NCBI GenBank assembly: GCA_951406725.2
Contig: OX597822.1
Coordinates: 51,274,001-51,338,000, forward strand
DNA: 64,000 nt
Direction of reading: 5' to 3'
From: Octopus vulgaris
Taxonomy: Eukaryota
The position numbers and the translations under genes were made by a program. Positions 1 to 13,259 of the stretch are shown piece after piece. Each line of letters begins with the position of its first letter. The stretch's first letter is position 1. Under the pieces are notes generated by a model. It saw only the letters and a list, made by a program, of their open reading frames with translations, ran no database searches and was not told the origin of the DNA.

Positions 1-338
1 TTTGCATGATATATATGGGCCTATCAATTCATTTCAGCAGATTATATATATATTTCAACAATTGAGGGTAAAATTAATTAATTATTAATTAATTTCACCA
101 AGTGTTCAGTATGCAAAGGGACCATTTAAGGCGAATTCAAATTATTACAATATATAAAAGGGCTTAGTAAAATAAATTACTTTGCCGCATACTGAACTCA
201 TTAGAAATAGCAGCTAAAAAACTTTTTTAAAAACCATTTCTAATACTTAAAGAAAATCTCTCTCATATAGTGTTTGCTCAACTCAACTCACGAAAGTTTG
301 GGGGTAAAGACATCAAAAAATCAAATGCAAAGGTTATT

Positions 339-390
339 TGAGAACGTACGTTTCAAGATTAGTCATCACGACACTTCTATCATCAGCTCA
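339..390 (-). ncRNA. Type I hammerhead ribozyme motif, copy 1
   Basis: Minus strand reads TGAG-CTGATGA-TAGAAGTGTCGTGATGACTAATCTT-GAAAC-GTAC-GTT-CTCA. Stem I is TGAG/CTCA, stem III is the palindrome ACGTACGT, the site is GUU, and stem II is weak. Confidence 0.65.
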
Positions 391-898
391 GAAACTCCTT
401 GGTTTGGATTTGAAAACACTGAAAGTGAGAGCATACTCTTTCGGCCTCTCATCGCTTTCGAAGATCTGCTCGTAACTAACAGTGCCAACAAACTCAAACA
501 TGCAAGCGAAGAATTTCTGCTCTCCCCTTTCCACCAGCGTGGGTTAAAATCAACAAACACTCTGCTTATTTCGGTAAAATCCGAAGCATTAATTAGAGGG
601 AGATTAATTATAATTTCAACAATTGAGGGTAAAATTAATTAATTATTAATTAATTTCACCAAGTGTTCAGTATGCAAAGGGACCATTTAAGGCGAATTCA
701 AATTATTACAATATATAAAAGGGCTTAGTAAAATAAATTACTTTGCCGCATACTGAACTCATTAGAAATAGCAGCTAAAAAACTTTTTTAAAACCATTTC
801 TAATACTTAAAGAAAATCTCTCTCATATAGTGCTTGGTCAACTCAACTCACGAAAGTTTGGGGGTAAAGACATCAAAAAATCAAATGCAAAGGTTATT

Positions 899-950
899 TG
901 AGAACGTACGTTTCAAGATTAGTCATCACGACACTTCTATCATCAGCTCA
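899..950 (-). ncRNA. Type I hammerhead ribozyme motif, copy 2
   Basis: Identical to 339-390 and 560 bp away. Confidence 0.65.
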
Positions 951-1435
951 GAAACTCCTTGGTTTGGATTTGAAAACACTGAAATATATATTCACACGCA
1001 GACACAGGCATGTGCGGCCCACGTACACACGTACATGCACACACAATTGATAAACTACAATTTCCAGGTAGTGATTGGCAGGGTGTTGGCAATTACAACT
1101 ACATTTTAGAAAAATGTGAGTTAGGTATTTCAAAAATACAAAACAAAATACAACTTCTTATTTTAAAACTGAAGTATCAAAATCTATATAATTACCACGA
1201 ATTCCTAAGATTATAAACAATCAACAGTAGTGGTTAAAACTAGTAACCAGGGGATATAAAAACCTATTACAATTGAAGCAATTACTATTTAAATATGCTA
1301 TTGCTTTCAAACTATTTGGCTGGGAATAAGTGTGGTTGCTACCAAAATTTATTCAGACGTATGTATTAATGATGGTAATTCTAGGTAAGTTAAATCTACG
1401 TAGTATATATGTCTGCCTATCTGTCTGTCTGTCTA

Positions 1436-1481
<46 letters not shown>

Positions 1482-1482
<1 letters not shown>

Positions 1483-2000
1483 TAGCAGAAACACCCGTCA
1501 TTGATTGAGTTGAATAAATTAAGGAAGTGAGATAGGAAAATGAGAGCTAACCTCATAAATTCTGATGTAGTATAAGCGACACCTAGAAAAATGTCTGAGT
1601 GAAATCTTTGTTACGATTTCTATTCGGAACGTAGGCAGGGAAAAAAACGAAAGTGATCGTCTACGGTTTATATTATGAAGGTATGCGACCATGCTGGAGC
1701 ACTGCCATTAGTCAAACAAATAGACCGCAGGACTTATTTCTTGTAAGTGTAGTACTCATTCACTGGGTGTCTTTTGCCGAACCGCTAACATACGGGGACG
1801 TAAACTCACCAACATCGAACATTATTATATGGTAAATGTGAAAGAAAAGAAAATGTCGGAGTAAAAGCTAAGTTAGAGTTTCTATTCTGAAGTTAGAGAG
1901 GAAAGAAATGAAAATGATCTTGTACGGTTTCTATTGTGCAGGTAGGCAGCGAAAGAAAGGAAATTGATCTTCAGTTGAGTGATAAAGAGTCTTATGTTCA
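1482..2000 (-). mobile_element. Non-autonomous Helitron-like element 3' end, with a SINE fragment at about 1680-1825
   Basis: Minus strand ends ...GACGGGTGTTTCTGCTAG|T next to (AT)n, matching the TTTCTGCTAG end at 14721-14730. It has internal short degenerate repeats. Confidence 0.45.
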
Positions 2001-2284
2001 GTTATTCTATTCAACTTCTTATTTTCGTTTTAATATATTTTTGTTTACTTAAAGATTGGAAATTGGAAAATAATTTATTTTCTTTTACAACCGCGGTTAC
2101 CATTTATCTTTATGTGAAATTATTAAAAGAAATTGAAGAGATTTGGCTGATATTTTTTATTAAAAGAAATTGAAGAAATTTGTCTGATATTTCTAGCATG
2201 TTCAGATACCTTCTAGTTCTAAATTCATGCGCTGGTTGAAAATCACCTAACAAAATTCTGGGTCAATATATTCAGGTAATTTTT

Positions 2285-2862
2285 TTTGAAGGCGGTGCTC
2301 AAGTACAAAGGAGAAAAGAGAGCCGCCTTAAGGAAAAATCTGGGTTCCATACAGTCGGGAAAACATGCTTCAACATGTTGCCCCAGCATGGCCGCAGTCT
2401 AATAATTACAACAAGTAAACAGAGAAAAAATTCTGGCGTCGATATGTTCAACAACAAATTCTTCTAGGTGGTACACCAACAACGTCAGGGTATAATGACT
2501 GAAATAAGTAAAAGAGAAAAAAACAAAGTTTTTACTTGTTTCGGCCGTTTGACTGTGGCTATACTGGAGCACCGCCTTTAGTCGAAGAAATTCCCCTAGG
2601 ACTCATTCTTTTTAATCCTAGTACTTATTCTATCTGAATCTTACGCCGAACCGCTAAGTTATGTGGATGTAAAAACACAAACATCAGTTGCCCAGCGATG
2701 ATGGGGGCCACATTTAGTGGAAGAAATTGACTTAGAACATATTGCTTGTAAGCCTAGTATTTATTCTATCGTTGTATTTTGCCGAACCGCTAGTTCACGT
2801 GGCCGTAAACACACTAGCATCGGTTGTCAAGCGATGGTGGTGGGACAAGCAAAGACACACAA

Positions 2863-2919
<57 letters not shown>

Positions 2920-2955
2920 TATATATACGACGGGCTACATTCAGTATGCGTCTAC
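2285..2955. mobile_element. Cluster of tRNA-SINE family A fragments and tails
   Basis: Matches parts of the full SINE at 55411-55800 (GCCGAACCGCTAAG, GAGCACCGCC, CAGCATGGCCGCAGTC). Confidence 0.7.
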
Positions 2956-4394
2956 CCACACACGCACACATGCACTGACATTGGATTGTTATACAAATGA
3001 TACACACACACACGCACACACACACACACACATACACACACACACACACACATATATATATGGACCTAATTTGGAAAATAAAAAACATAAATACTCATTC
3101 GCCCACAATTACCCCCCACCTAAATTGAGCCTGAACCTGCCACCTTAGCAATGGCTTTATTTGCAACTAACTTTCTTTCCGCACCATGCATTAGCTTGTT
3201 TAACTTAATTTCATTCTGGACCTAATTTCAGGCAGCATGGGACTACCGCCATTTATTTGTGACCTATCAGATTTACCCATTTAAGGATCCCCATTCCACC
3301 TCCCAATCCCGTATAACAAAATTTAACACTTTAATATTAACTTTACAACTCTTTAGATCGTATTTGCTTGTACTTTGTATAGTAGTTGGCGCTTTCCTAT
3401 GAAATATTATTGTTATTAGGCGCATCAAAGCATGCATGGAAGTGCAGTTGTGGTAGTCCCTATATGTATGCACCCAAACAAGGGTTGATATATCGACAAT
3501 GTTAGTAATAATAATAATATAATAATATATATACTAAGTATGATTAAGTAAACTGTAGTATGGCCCTGCATCGACAATAATAGTAGCAATTAGCAAGTAA
3601 TTAAATTGTAATCATTTAATTAATTTGGAGATTTTACTTATACTATTCCATCGGCCCACTAGGATGAATCTGTTTAGGAATATTTAACCAATTACTGGTT
3701 GTTTGACAAGGAAGACCACTGCCAATTGTCCAAATAGGGACATTTCTAGATTTAATGACACCTTGGGCGCTGTTCTTTCCTTCACACGGTGCTTGTTTAC
3801 ATGCTTGTGTTCATTTACAACTTCATAAGCGGATACAACATATACTATATCTCCATACGTTTATATTTATTTATTTATATCTTCCTGAATAACGGTCTTA
3901 ATAGCGTGCCCTTTGATTTTAAGTTTAACTTAACAGTTATATCGGAAGTTGAACTTTGGTCAATCTCATTACGGGCAACAGGTGGTTGGTCTTTATAATA
4001 GGTGTTTGGTCTTTATTAATAGTAAGTGAATAATTGTAATTAATTGATGAGCATTTTATTAGTATAAACTATTAATTACTACTATCTACATAATTTTAAG
4101 AACTATTATGATTACTTCAAAACGTTATGGCACTATCACTCCCTATTTTTCTAGACCTATTTGCGTATCCTGATATGGTATAATTTATATTTTACTTTCT
4201 TTATTACTTATACACCCTGTTACACCCATAGAAAAAATAATTAACCAATTAATATTTTAAGTTTAGCCATTTACTCAACATCCTAAAGCGCCACGTACGC
4301 AAGATGGTATTATTGAAATATATTAAGCCGTATTCTTCTACTCGATAGTCTTCTTTTCTTTTCTTTTCGTTTCTATTACGTCTTTTTCTTTACT

Positions 4395-4503
4395 CTCATG
4401 AAGCTCCATGTTCCAGATCGGATGTGTTACCAAATATGATGAATATTATTTTCATAATTTTCAGTAGCAATACTATGGAACAATGGATGCAGAAACAGCT
4501 TTT
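4395..4503 (+). ncRNA. Degenerate hammerhead-like motif with a stem II of about 90 nt
   Basis: CTCATGA-A-GCTCCATGTTCCA...TGGAACAATGGATGC-A-GAAAC-AGCT-TTT. Core G5 and G16.2 are altered and stem I is poor. Confidence 0.4.
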
Positions 4504-4612
4504 AAATGAGATCAAATTTATTTTCATTAGAAAGTAATAATCGATGTTAGTCAATTATTGCTGATCGATATTTCACCAATTACTGTTTACCTTATATGTG
4601 TGTGTGTATACA

Positions 4613-4695
<83 letters not shown>

Positions 4696-4829
4696 TGTGT
4701 GTATACAATTTGTATATATATATATATAGCTGAAAGAGTCGGTATGTGAAAGCACGTGGTTGGATGTATAAAAGACAAAATAGAGCGTCAAAACAGAACG
4801 CTTGCGTTATATGGTTAAAGGTTAAAGAA

Positions 4830-6625
4830 TATATTTAAATCGTTATGCTACAAAAATGTTATAAAATTTTGAGTATAGTAACATTGTTTTCGGAGAAAAA
4901 AATGGTTTCGTATTTCCTTTACAAATTTTTCAAATTTATTTACCTATATTGTGTCATCATTTCGCAATGTTGTGAAGTACGACGGTCCCAGACAGGGGAA
5001 GGTAATCAGGGATTTTTTGGTGTAAGGGAGATAATAGAATATGTTGGGAATGACTAGGTTTTATTAATTTAACATGATTTGGTTTAGAAAGATTTATTAA
5101 TGATTTATTAATGTTACAAGTGGTTAGCTTTTGCATTATATTTTTTTCAATGAGGAAAGTTTCCTTATTTAAAAATGACAGAAATGTTTAAGCTTTGGCT
5201 TATATTTTTCAATGAAGTAGGTTTCCTTATTTAATGTAACTTGTGTTGGCGTTCCAGTGGCACATTGATAAAATGGAAAGATTTCAAATTGTGGTAGTAG
5301 TTGCTTTGCGCATTTCTCAATATATTCACTACAGGGCATCATTCTGTATTCTGGGAAGGCAATCTGCTCTCGATGCAAAGTGCATCTGCGTCTGAGAGAT
5401 AATCCCGTGGACCCTACGTAGTTTTGGTGGCAGCCCGAGCATCTAATGACATAAATCCGATTTTCTGAAGGGCAAGTAAAGTCAGATTTGATTTTGAATA
5501 TTTGTCCCTCTTTGAAAAGAAATTCTAGTCCTTCTATAAGTTTTGGGCATGTTGCGCAATTTGGGCCACCGCATTTTGTTTCACTTTTGCATTCCTTATT
5601 TTGGAAAATAATTTTGCTTTTGTGTGGACCTCTTTTAGTGATTTCGGGTGTTTGTGCCTTTTAATAATCGTATGTGTGTGTAAAATTTCCTTTAATTTGG
5701 GGTCCTTATGTAACGTTGGTAATTTTTGGGTGATGATGGTAAAGCCTTCTTAGTTTGTGGAGTTGTATGGAGATATGTGCGGCAGTATTTTCGGGGAAGG
5801 TATGTTGCTGTGTTGAACTTTGCTTGAGGTTTCTATGTCGATTTCTGTTGCACGTCTGATTCCATCCTCTATGAGTTGAATTGGGTAGTATCTGTCAAAT
5901 AGGGTGTTTTTGAGTTCTTGGAGTCTAAAGTCTATGGTATTTCTTTCTGACACTATTTGCATATCCTTCTTGCAATGTTGAAGGGGATGTTTGTTTTAGT
6001 GTGTCTTGGGTGGCATGAATGAAATAGTTGATATTGTTTGGCGCCTGTGCTTTTGTAAAATATGTCCATTTCTCTTTTTAGGTTGATTTTTTTAATTAGT
6101 ATATCCAAGAATGGAAGCTATTTTTGGTTGTACTCCATTGTGAACTGTGTTTGGGTTTACGTTGTTCAATAGTCTTTTGATTTTCACGTGTTTGTGTTTC
6201 CATTCCAGAGTATGAAACAGTCGTCTAGGAACCTTTTCCAATTATATTTTATGTATTGGGAAAGGGGGTTCCCAAAGGTAGTTAAAGATTCCTGGTATAT
6301 TATTATTTCCAGATAGCTCATTGTTACGTTCGCAATGACTGGGGCTGCCCTAGTGCCCATGGCAATTCCGGATTTTTGTCTTAAAACGTATTGTCAAACA
6401 TGGAGTGGGAGAGGTTATTTCGTAGGATGAATTCAACGAATTCAATTATAAATTCGTTGCTGATCCTTTCTGGAATATCTTCCGGAAATTGGTCCAGGCA
6501 GAACTGAATTAATTCGAGTCCATATTTACGAGGTATACTCGTATATAAATTAATCACATCAAATAAAATCTGATTGTTCTTCCTTGATGTGTTTTTGGAG
6601 GTGAACATATCCAAGTCATCTCTGG
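4830..6625 (-). mobile_element. Penelope-like retroelement remnant (RT, Cys-rich linker, C-terminal GIY-YIG; Neptune-like), pseudogenised
   Basis: Minus-strand motifs LFDVINLYTSIP, GIAMGTRAAPVIAN, WKRFLDDCF, HPRHTK, CGGPNCATC and FTCPSENRIYVIRCSGCHQNYVGST, with stops and frameshifts. Confidence 0.9.
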
Positions 6626-6826
6626 CTATTGATATGTTTAATATATAGATATACACAATGTTACATATGCATATACATACATACAAATATATATATGTAG
6701 GTATATATATATGTATGCCTATATATATGCATATATATATATATATGTATATACATACATGCATAAATATATATATGTATATATATAATTATATATACAG
6801 ATATATATTTATATATACATATATAT

Positions 6827-6888
<62 letters not shown>

Positions 6889-6904
6889 ATGCCGGTCTTT
6901 CAAA

Positions 6905-7108
6905 ATATGACCTCGTGTGTACCGTTGGCGATTTTTTTTCCTCTGTCTTCCCTTCACTGGATCTTTCCTTCTCCTATGTTCCCAACGAAGAGCTCCGCTC
7001 GAAACGTTAAACCCTCCTTCTTTCCTTCTTTCCTGAGCGTCCAATAATACTATATTTGTTCCACGTCCTCGAGTTGTTGTGTTTTTTTGTGCTTTCTTGT
7101 TTGGATTA

Positions 7109-7112
<4 letters not shown>
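6905..7112 (+). mobile_element. Short PLE pLTR-like repeat with a minimal HHR-like motif (core decayed, 6978-7012)
   Basis: Homologous to 43630-43860 and 40620-40810. Reads CCAACGA-A-GAGC-TCC-GCTC-GAAAC-GTT-AAAC and is flanked by (AT)n. Confidence 0.7.
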
Positions 7113-7189
<77 letters not shown>

Positions 7190-7190
<1 letters not shown>

Positions 7191-7450
7191 ATTGAGAGAA
7201 AAAACCACTGTTAAACAATTGAATAAAGAATGATGTTATTCAAACCATACAGAAATCAAATACTATAAAAAAAAACTTATTTTAAAAATCAATAAGATAC
7301 AATAAATAGTAAATACTATTACTATTTACTATTTATTGTACTTTATTGATTTTTAACATAAGGCTTTCTTTATAGTATATGTTTCCTATATGGTTGGAAT
7401 AACATCTTTCTTTATTGAATTGTCTAATAGAGGTTTTTCTCTAAATTATA
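7190..7450. repeat. Fold-back inverted repeat with arms of about 125 bp
   Basis: AGAAAAAACC...CAATAAATAGTAAATA is mirrored by TATTTACTATTTATTG...GGTTTTTCTCT, centred near 7318 and adjacent to (AT)n. Confidence 0.8.
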
Positions 7451-7649
7451 TATATATTTATATGTATATTTTATATTGTGAAATTTGATTTAAAATTGTT
7501 AAATTGATTTTTCCCTATAAATTTTGGAATCATATTTCCTACTATTATTAATATATAGATATTTATTTACATATATATACATATAGACATACATATATCT
7601 ATCAATCTATCTATCTATCTATCTATCGATCTATCTTCCTACCTATATA

Positions 7650-8548
7650 TTCGACGATTTTTTTGGTGCTACGTACCCATATATGCGAGTATATATAGAT
7701 GTAGAGGTTAGTACGTACATATATGTATGTATATATGCATGTTTTATTTATTAATTTATTATATGTCGGAGCGAATGCATCCATTTCAAAGTAAGATTGT
7801 TCTTGATATTAATAATGATGCACACTCTTGACCTTTCTGTCCCCCTCCCTTTTTCAGCCTTCATTCTTTCTGGTTTCCTTTTCTTCTACCTTACTGTCTC
7901 TCCGTCTCTCTCATTCTTCATTCTTTCTGGTTTCCTCACAACAATTCCCTTTTTTCTCTCCTTTTCTCTTGCTCTCCCCCCCCCCCCGTCATTGACCCGC
8001 GATGAGAGCTCTGCTACTGTCTTTCTGGCCTGACTTCCTTGAAGTGTGGACGGCATTTTCTGTTGCTCCTTTGCCGTTCTCAAAAATAGCGTTCGTAATA
8101 CTTTTTCTCTTTCGGCTTAACAGCCCTTCTTGTCTTGTTATTCTCCTTGTCCTGTCTTTTACTGCTAATATTTTGTACTGTCGTTACTGTCCTGTTTTTG
8201 TTACCATTTTTACCCCTCCGCAAAAATCTCAAATTTTATTCAATTTGCTTTTCGCTGGAAGGAAAGTGTCTATCGAAGATGCGTATCGCCTTCACCTTCG
8301 AAACGCAGAGTAGATGAAACCATTGCGACTGAAGAAGGGGAATTTTCCTTGTGTTATTTGTCCTGTACTCTATTTTTTGTTGTTTAAGAAAAATGTCCAG
8401 TTCCTTGGTTTTGTGTTTATGTTTTCGTTTCTCATTGTGTTGGACGTTTTTTGGTCTCCTGTACCCATATATGCGTGTATATATACAAGTGGAGTTAGGT
8501 ACGTACATATATGTATGTATATATACATATGTTTTATTTATTAATTTA
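7650..8548 (+). mobile_element. Repeat with roughly 100-bp diverged direct terminal repeats (PLE pLTR-like)
   Basis: 7650-7758 resembles 8441-8548 (GTACCCATATATGCG...GTACGTACATATATGTATG...TTTTATTTATTAATTTA). Confidence 0.55.
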
Positions 8549-8793
8549 TATATATATATATATAATATTTTATGATATAAATTCTACATGTTAGTTCGTA
8601 GCCACTCCTCTCGCCTCTAAATCTACTAACTAAAGTGTTAAATTTATATAATAAAATATTAAAAAATAATTTATTAAACTGATTAGAACTACCTCTGAAG
8701 TTATTCTTTTTCTTTTTTCATACATACTTAACTGAACCAAGGGTCTCACACAGTTTCCAATATATATATATGTGTGTGTGTGTGCGTGTGTGT

Positions 8794-8850
<57 letters not shown>

Positions 8851-9266
8851 TGTGTGTGTGTCTGTGTGTCTGTGTGTAGATTAGTGGTGCAACAGTGCAC
8901 CAATATTTACTGGAAATAGCAATCGATAATATAAAACACTATAGAAAATCTTCAGTGTGTATATACTGGCAATGATATTTCCGGGCGGCGAATATACAGA
9001 ATTTCATCTTGCCAGTTGGAAGAAGATTAGATAAATGTAGAACCCAGATGTGAAAAATATAGGACCTAGGTTTCTAAATATCCCAAATACGTTTGTTAAC
9101 GTAAATTTGATTAATTGTTTTTCTTAACTAGATTGAAGGTTGCTACATCAGACCCAGTATACTCGCCTGAACGCTTAAGACGTTAAAAGAACGAGGACAG
9201 AGAAAAAGTTTAAACTTATATTGCTTTGTTTTACTGGATAGCAATACTTTTGTATTGCATATATTA

Positions 9267-9341
<75 letters not shown>

Positions 9342-9601
9342 TATATATATAAAACATTCTTTTAATCGTTTACCATTTGACTGCAGCCTTGCTGGCGCAC
9401 TGTGCATTTAGTCGAACAAATTGATTCTAGGACTTATTCTTTAAAAACAAATGGTTATTCTACCGGTTTCTATTGTCTAACCGTTAAGTTACGGTGACGT
9501 AAATGCACCAACATTGATTGTCAAACGATGGTGGGTGGAGAATCACTGACACACAAATACATACATATATACATGTATATATATGTATGAATATATATGT
9601 A

Positions 9602-9656
<55 letters not shown>

Positions 9657-9803
9657 GACGGCTCTCTTTCAGTTTCTGTCTATTAAATCCTGTAAGATGT
9701 TACGTGGACGTAAACACACCAACATCGGTTATCAAGCGATGGTGGAGTCGGTCTTTAGTCGAAGAAATCACGCCCAGGACTTATTCATACAAACATACAG
9801 ACC

Positions 9804-9875
<72 letters not shown>

Positions 9876-9898
9876 TACACACATATATATACATGCAT

Positions 9899-9954
<56 letters not shown>

Positions 9955-9964
9955 TATTATTATT

Positions 9965-10640
9965 CTATTCTTTTATCTGTTTCAGCCCAAAGCTGCAGGG
10001 ACGCTGGGGCAAAGCTATCTTGCTACACTTTTACTATCGAAACCCTCCTCAGATATGTGAAATTTAGTGAATATGATAGTATATAAGATACCTCATTTGC
10101 GCCTCCTACTGCGAGGTAGGTTCTTCTGGAACTAGGGACAGGAAAAATCCAGTTTTTTTAAGCACCTACATCCACTTTCTGTAGGTCCCTAAGCCGTTCA
10201 GGAGAATATTAAAAATCTGTGGGCCTTTGAAACCCAGGACGTTGAAGTAATTGGTCCTGAAGCGTGACGTTGGGATCTTTGGCACTGCGCAGTGGCGACT
10301 CGTTCTGGCATTTGTGTGGCTTTCAGTACTAAAATCTGGCACAATCCCTTCCAGGACCTTCCAGATGTATATTGCTGCATATGTGCCCTGCCTTCGCTCC
10401 AGGGAGGAGAAACATTGTTCTTTAAGCCTTTTCCTGTAGCTGAGCTATTGCAATGAGACGATCTTCGATGTGTAGTTTCGGCAGATTGCTTCAGGTTCAG
10501 CAGTTAATTATACACAGTGGGGTGACCATAGTTGGGAGTAGTAATCCAGGCTGCTGAAGATGAATGTCTTCCAGAGGACTATTGTGGTTTCCTTCTCTCT
10601 GGTTCTGAAGGTTCTCAGAATCCAGCCATCCACCTGCGCT
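9965..10640 (-). mobile_element. CR1/L2-group LINE 3' fragment, an older relative of 60240-64000
   Basis: GWILRTFRTREKET...LDYYSQLWSP on the minus strand, with nucleotide similarity to 60400-60930 and a related 3' tail. Confidence 0.8.
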
Positions 10641-10860
10641 TTGTCGCCATCTTGGTAACGTGCACTTGGAAAGTTCCTACATGATACTTTTGGAACACAA
10701 CTGAGAGTCAATAAATATGCGTACTAAAAGGTATCAGATGCACGGAGAAGCTGCAGCCATCGACACGTTGTTGTGCGGCACTCTACGTATTTCTATGGTA
10801 TTAATTTTGGCGCTGGTAAAGAATAAGTACACCAGTCGTTTTCGGTGTAACACATCCCAA

Positions 10861-10933
10861 ACCCTAACCGTAAACCCTAACCTTAAGCCCTAGCCCCTAA
10901 CCCCTAACCCTTAACCCCTAACGCCTAACCCTA
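10861..10933. repeat. Interstitial degenerate telomere-like (CCCTAA)n tract
   Basis: About 11 imperfect CCCTAA/CCCCTAA units. Confidence 0.75.
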
Positions 10934-11599
10934 AACACCGGATGTTTAGGGTTCTCTTCTCTCGCCTACATTCAGAAGAACTACAAAAAATTCAGTGTAA
11001 AGTGGACAAATAATATTTCATGCAACAAGCATCATACTTTGCAAAAAAAAAATGCTAGATTTCGTGATGCTAATTGATTGTCTCAAATTACTGAGAACTA
11101 TCGAAAAATGTGCCACAAGAGATATCAGAAATAATGTAAATATAGCTTTGACGCTATCACTAAATGCTTGATTTACCATTGTTTTTAGGCCCTCGATCAA
11201 CGGGTCGCTATTCTTAAGCACATCTATCTTCCTACCCCACACCAAAAGTAGGATTAATTTCCCGACCATGCATGCCTTTATAACCACGTAAGGGTCCTCG
11301 TAACTTAAGTAGCACAGGGCTTCATTTTTTACTAAAATCCGGCACTGATCATGTATCTCCAAATCCTATTGAGTCAACATAGATGACCTCAGTGTGTAAA
11401 AAAAAATTTCTCCAATTTGGAAACTATCACTGAACAAGTTATTTAAGAGGAAATTAAACTGCTAAAATATTTAAAGTTATCGTATGGTGCTAACTACTAG
11501 AACATTAATTCTCTCAAACATGCAACAGCTATCACTCTTAAAGAACACCTAGGAGAAATCAACAATGCACACGGAAATAAAGTAACTAAACGAAGCAGC

Positions 11600-12840
11600 A
11601 TGTATGGAAAACAAAACCTGAAGGAAACATAAATTATTTCCTCCCAGGGAGACATTGAATTATTCTATTAAAAATTCGGGAATAAAAAGAAAAAGCGTAC
11701 AACCATCGGCAGTAAAATAAGCCCGATTAACCCAGAATCTTTCACCGTTGGATGTTGGTAAACTGTATTATGGAAAGGCACATTGAAGACACCTAATAGT
11801 TTGGTATTAGTACACAAGCTGTCTCACACTATTCATTCAGGACAACTGATGATCAAGGTAGTTAGAAAGAAGAGAATGTGCAGTTGTGTCGAGCAGCTTT
11901 CGATGAAGAACGTAGTACTATCTGAAAAAACAAAACACCGTCGAAAATCATTCCACTCGTAGCTGAAGTGTCTACATATGTCAAAAGCACATATATTAGT
12001 TGCTGTAGAACTGGCAACAATTTTTACACTTTCAGCTTATCATTCCTGCAGCAAAATATAAATGGCTGCATGCAAGGATTTACAATCTACTTGAGATGTT
12101 AATGTATCCCAAACATTATTTGTGGATGGCCTGAAGATTTATGCTAAAATTGTTAACAATGAAAAACAAGATAATAACAACACTTTCAGCTGAGACAAGA
12201 ATGGAAGTTGGCCATTAGAAATGTTCATATTTGTTCGTCAAAATTGGAAATCAATCCACCAGATCCAAAACTGTGCCTCGACATTCATTATTTGTCTTGC
12301 TCCACACAGAGAATGCTACAAATACCTGATCATTGATGAAAAGTTATCATGCGAATGTGCTGTGAATAGAGATAGGAAGGTCCGGCAATATTACACCAGA
12401 CTAACACAATATGGCAGTCGGAACTCACAACAAGACAATATTCCATAATGCATTTTTAGTACCAGTGCTGATTATAATATGTGGGTTACTTGACTAGTCT
12501 TAAGAGGAAATCCACTCCACAGAAATTAAAACCCATACGATTCTGACATCAACTAGAAACTTCCATAGACACAGTAATATCGACAGGATCTATCTAAGAA
12601 TACATGAAGAAGTTTGAGTTATGTGATCAATGCATACACCTTCTCAATGCGGCATAGTCTGTCTCTGAGAAAGCCCTGCTACACAACACCAGCAGGAATA
12701 GATATATAAACTTAGTGTTGAAAAGTGAATAGAGCAACGTCTTTCGCACCGTTCTTCTTGATGATCTCCCTTGCAACCCTAAAACAGACGGAGTGACATG
12801 CCTCAGAGAACACCTGGATGTGAAATGTTCGGCATACCAA
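11600..12840 (+). mobile_element. Highly decayed R4/Dong-like non-LTR RT fragment
   Basis: Remnant motifs LFVDGLKIYA (LFxDDLKxYA), LEKC, YKYL and NFHRHSNIDRIYL, with many lesions. Confidence 0.6.
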
Positions 12841-13259
12841 AGTTAGACGATTTCATTCTGTTACTTGTTTCAGTCTTTTGACTGAAATAAATCGAGTCCA
12901 GAATTTATTGTTTCTAACCATAGTACTTAATATTTCGGTTCTTTTGTGGAACTGCTATGTTACGGAGACCTAATCACACCAACGCCGGTTGTCAATCGAG
13001 GGCGGGGGGTCAAACACAGACACGCAAACATATACATATATATATATCCTTTCATTCTTTTACTTGTTTCAGTCATGTTGACTTGACCATGCTGGAGCAC
13101 TGCCTTTTTAGTCGAAGAAATCATCCCTTAGACTTAAACAGATGCTTGAATATGCAGAGATTCAGATAAGATTCTATTTCTGATACACATGACCGACTGG
13201 ATAGGGTATCTCGATAGGAGAATATATTCTACTTCAAAATAATGGTATCAGATCACAAA

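Larger units (their letters stand above)
53..984 (-). mobile_element. Partial tandem (560-bp period) of a hammerhead-bearing non-coding repeat; Penelope pseudo-LTR or retrozyme-like
   Basis: 53-424 recurs almost identically at 613-984 (offset 560). The block is bounded by short (AT)n runs and each copy carries an HHR motif on the minus strand. Confidence 0.75.

Noticed and set aside
8265-8350. TCGAAGA...GAAAC...GTA and CTGAAGA-hairpin motifs
   Set aside because: Consistent stems I and III could not be built.
8965-9016. Hairpin with ATGA considered as a SECIS or HHR
   Set aside because: It lacks the opposing GA of a SECIS quartet and a CUGANGA core, so it is a simple stem-loop.
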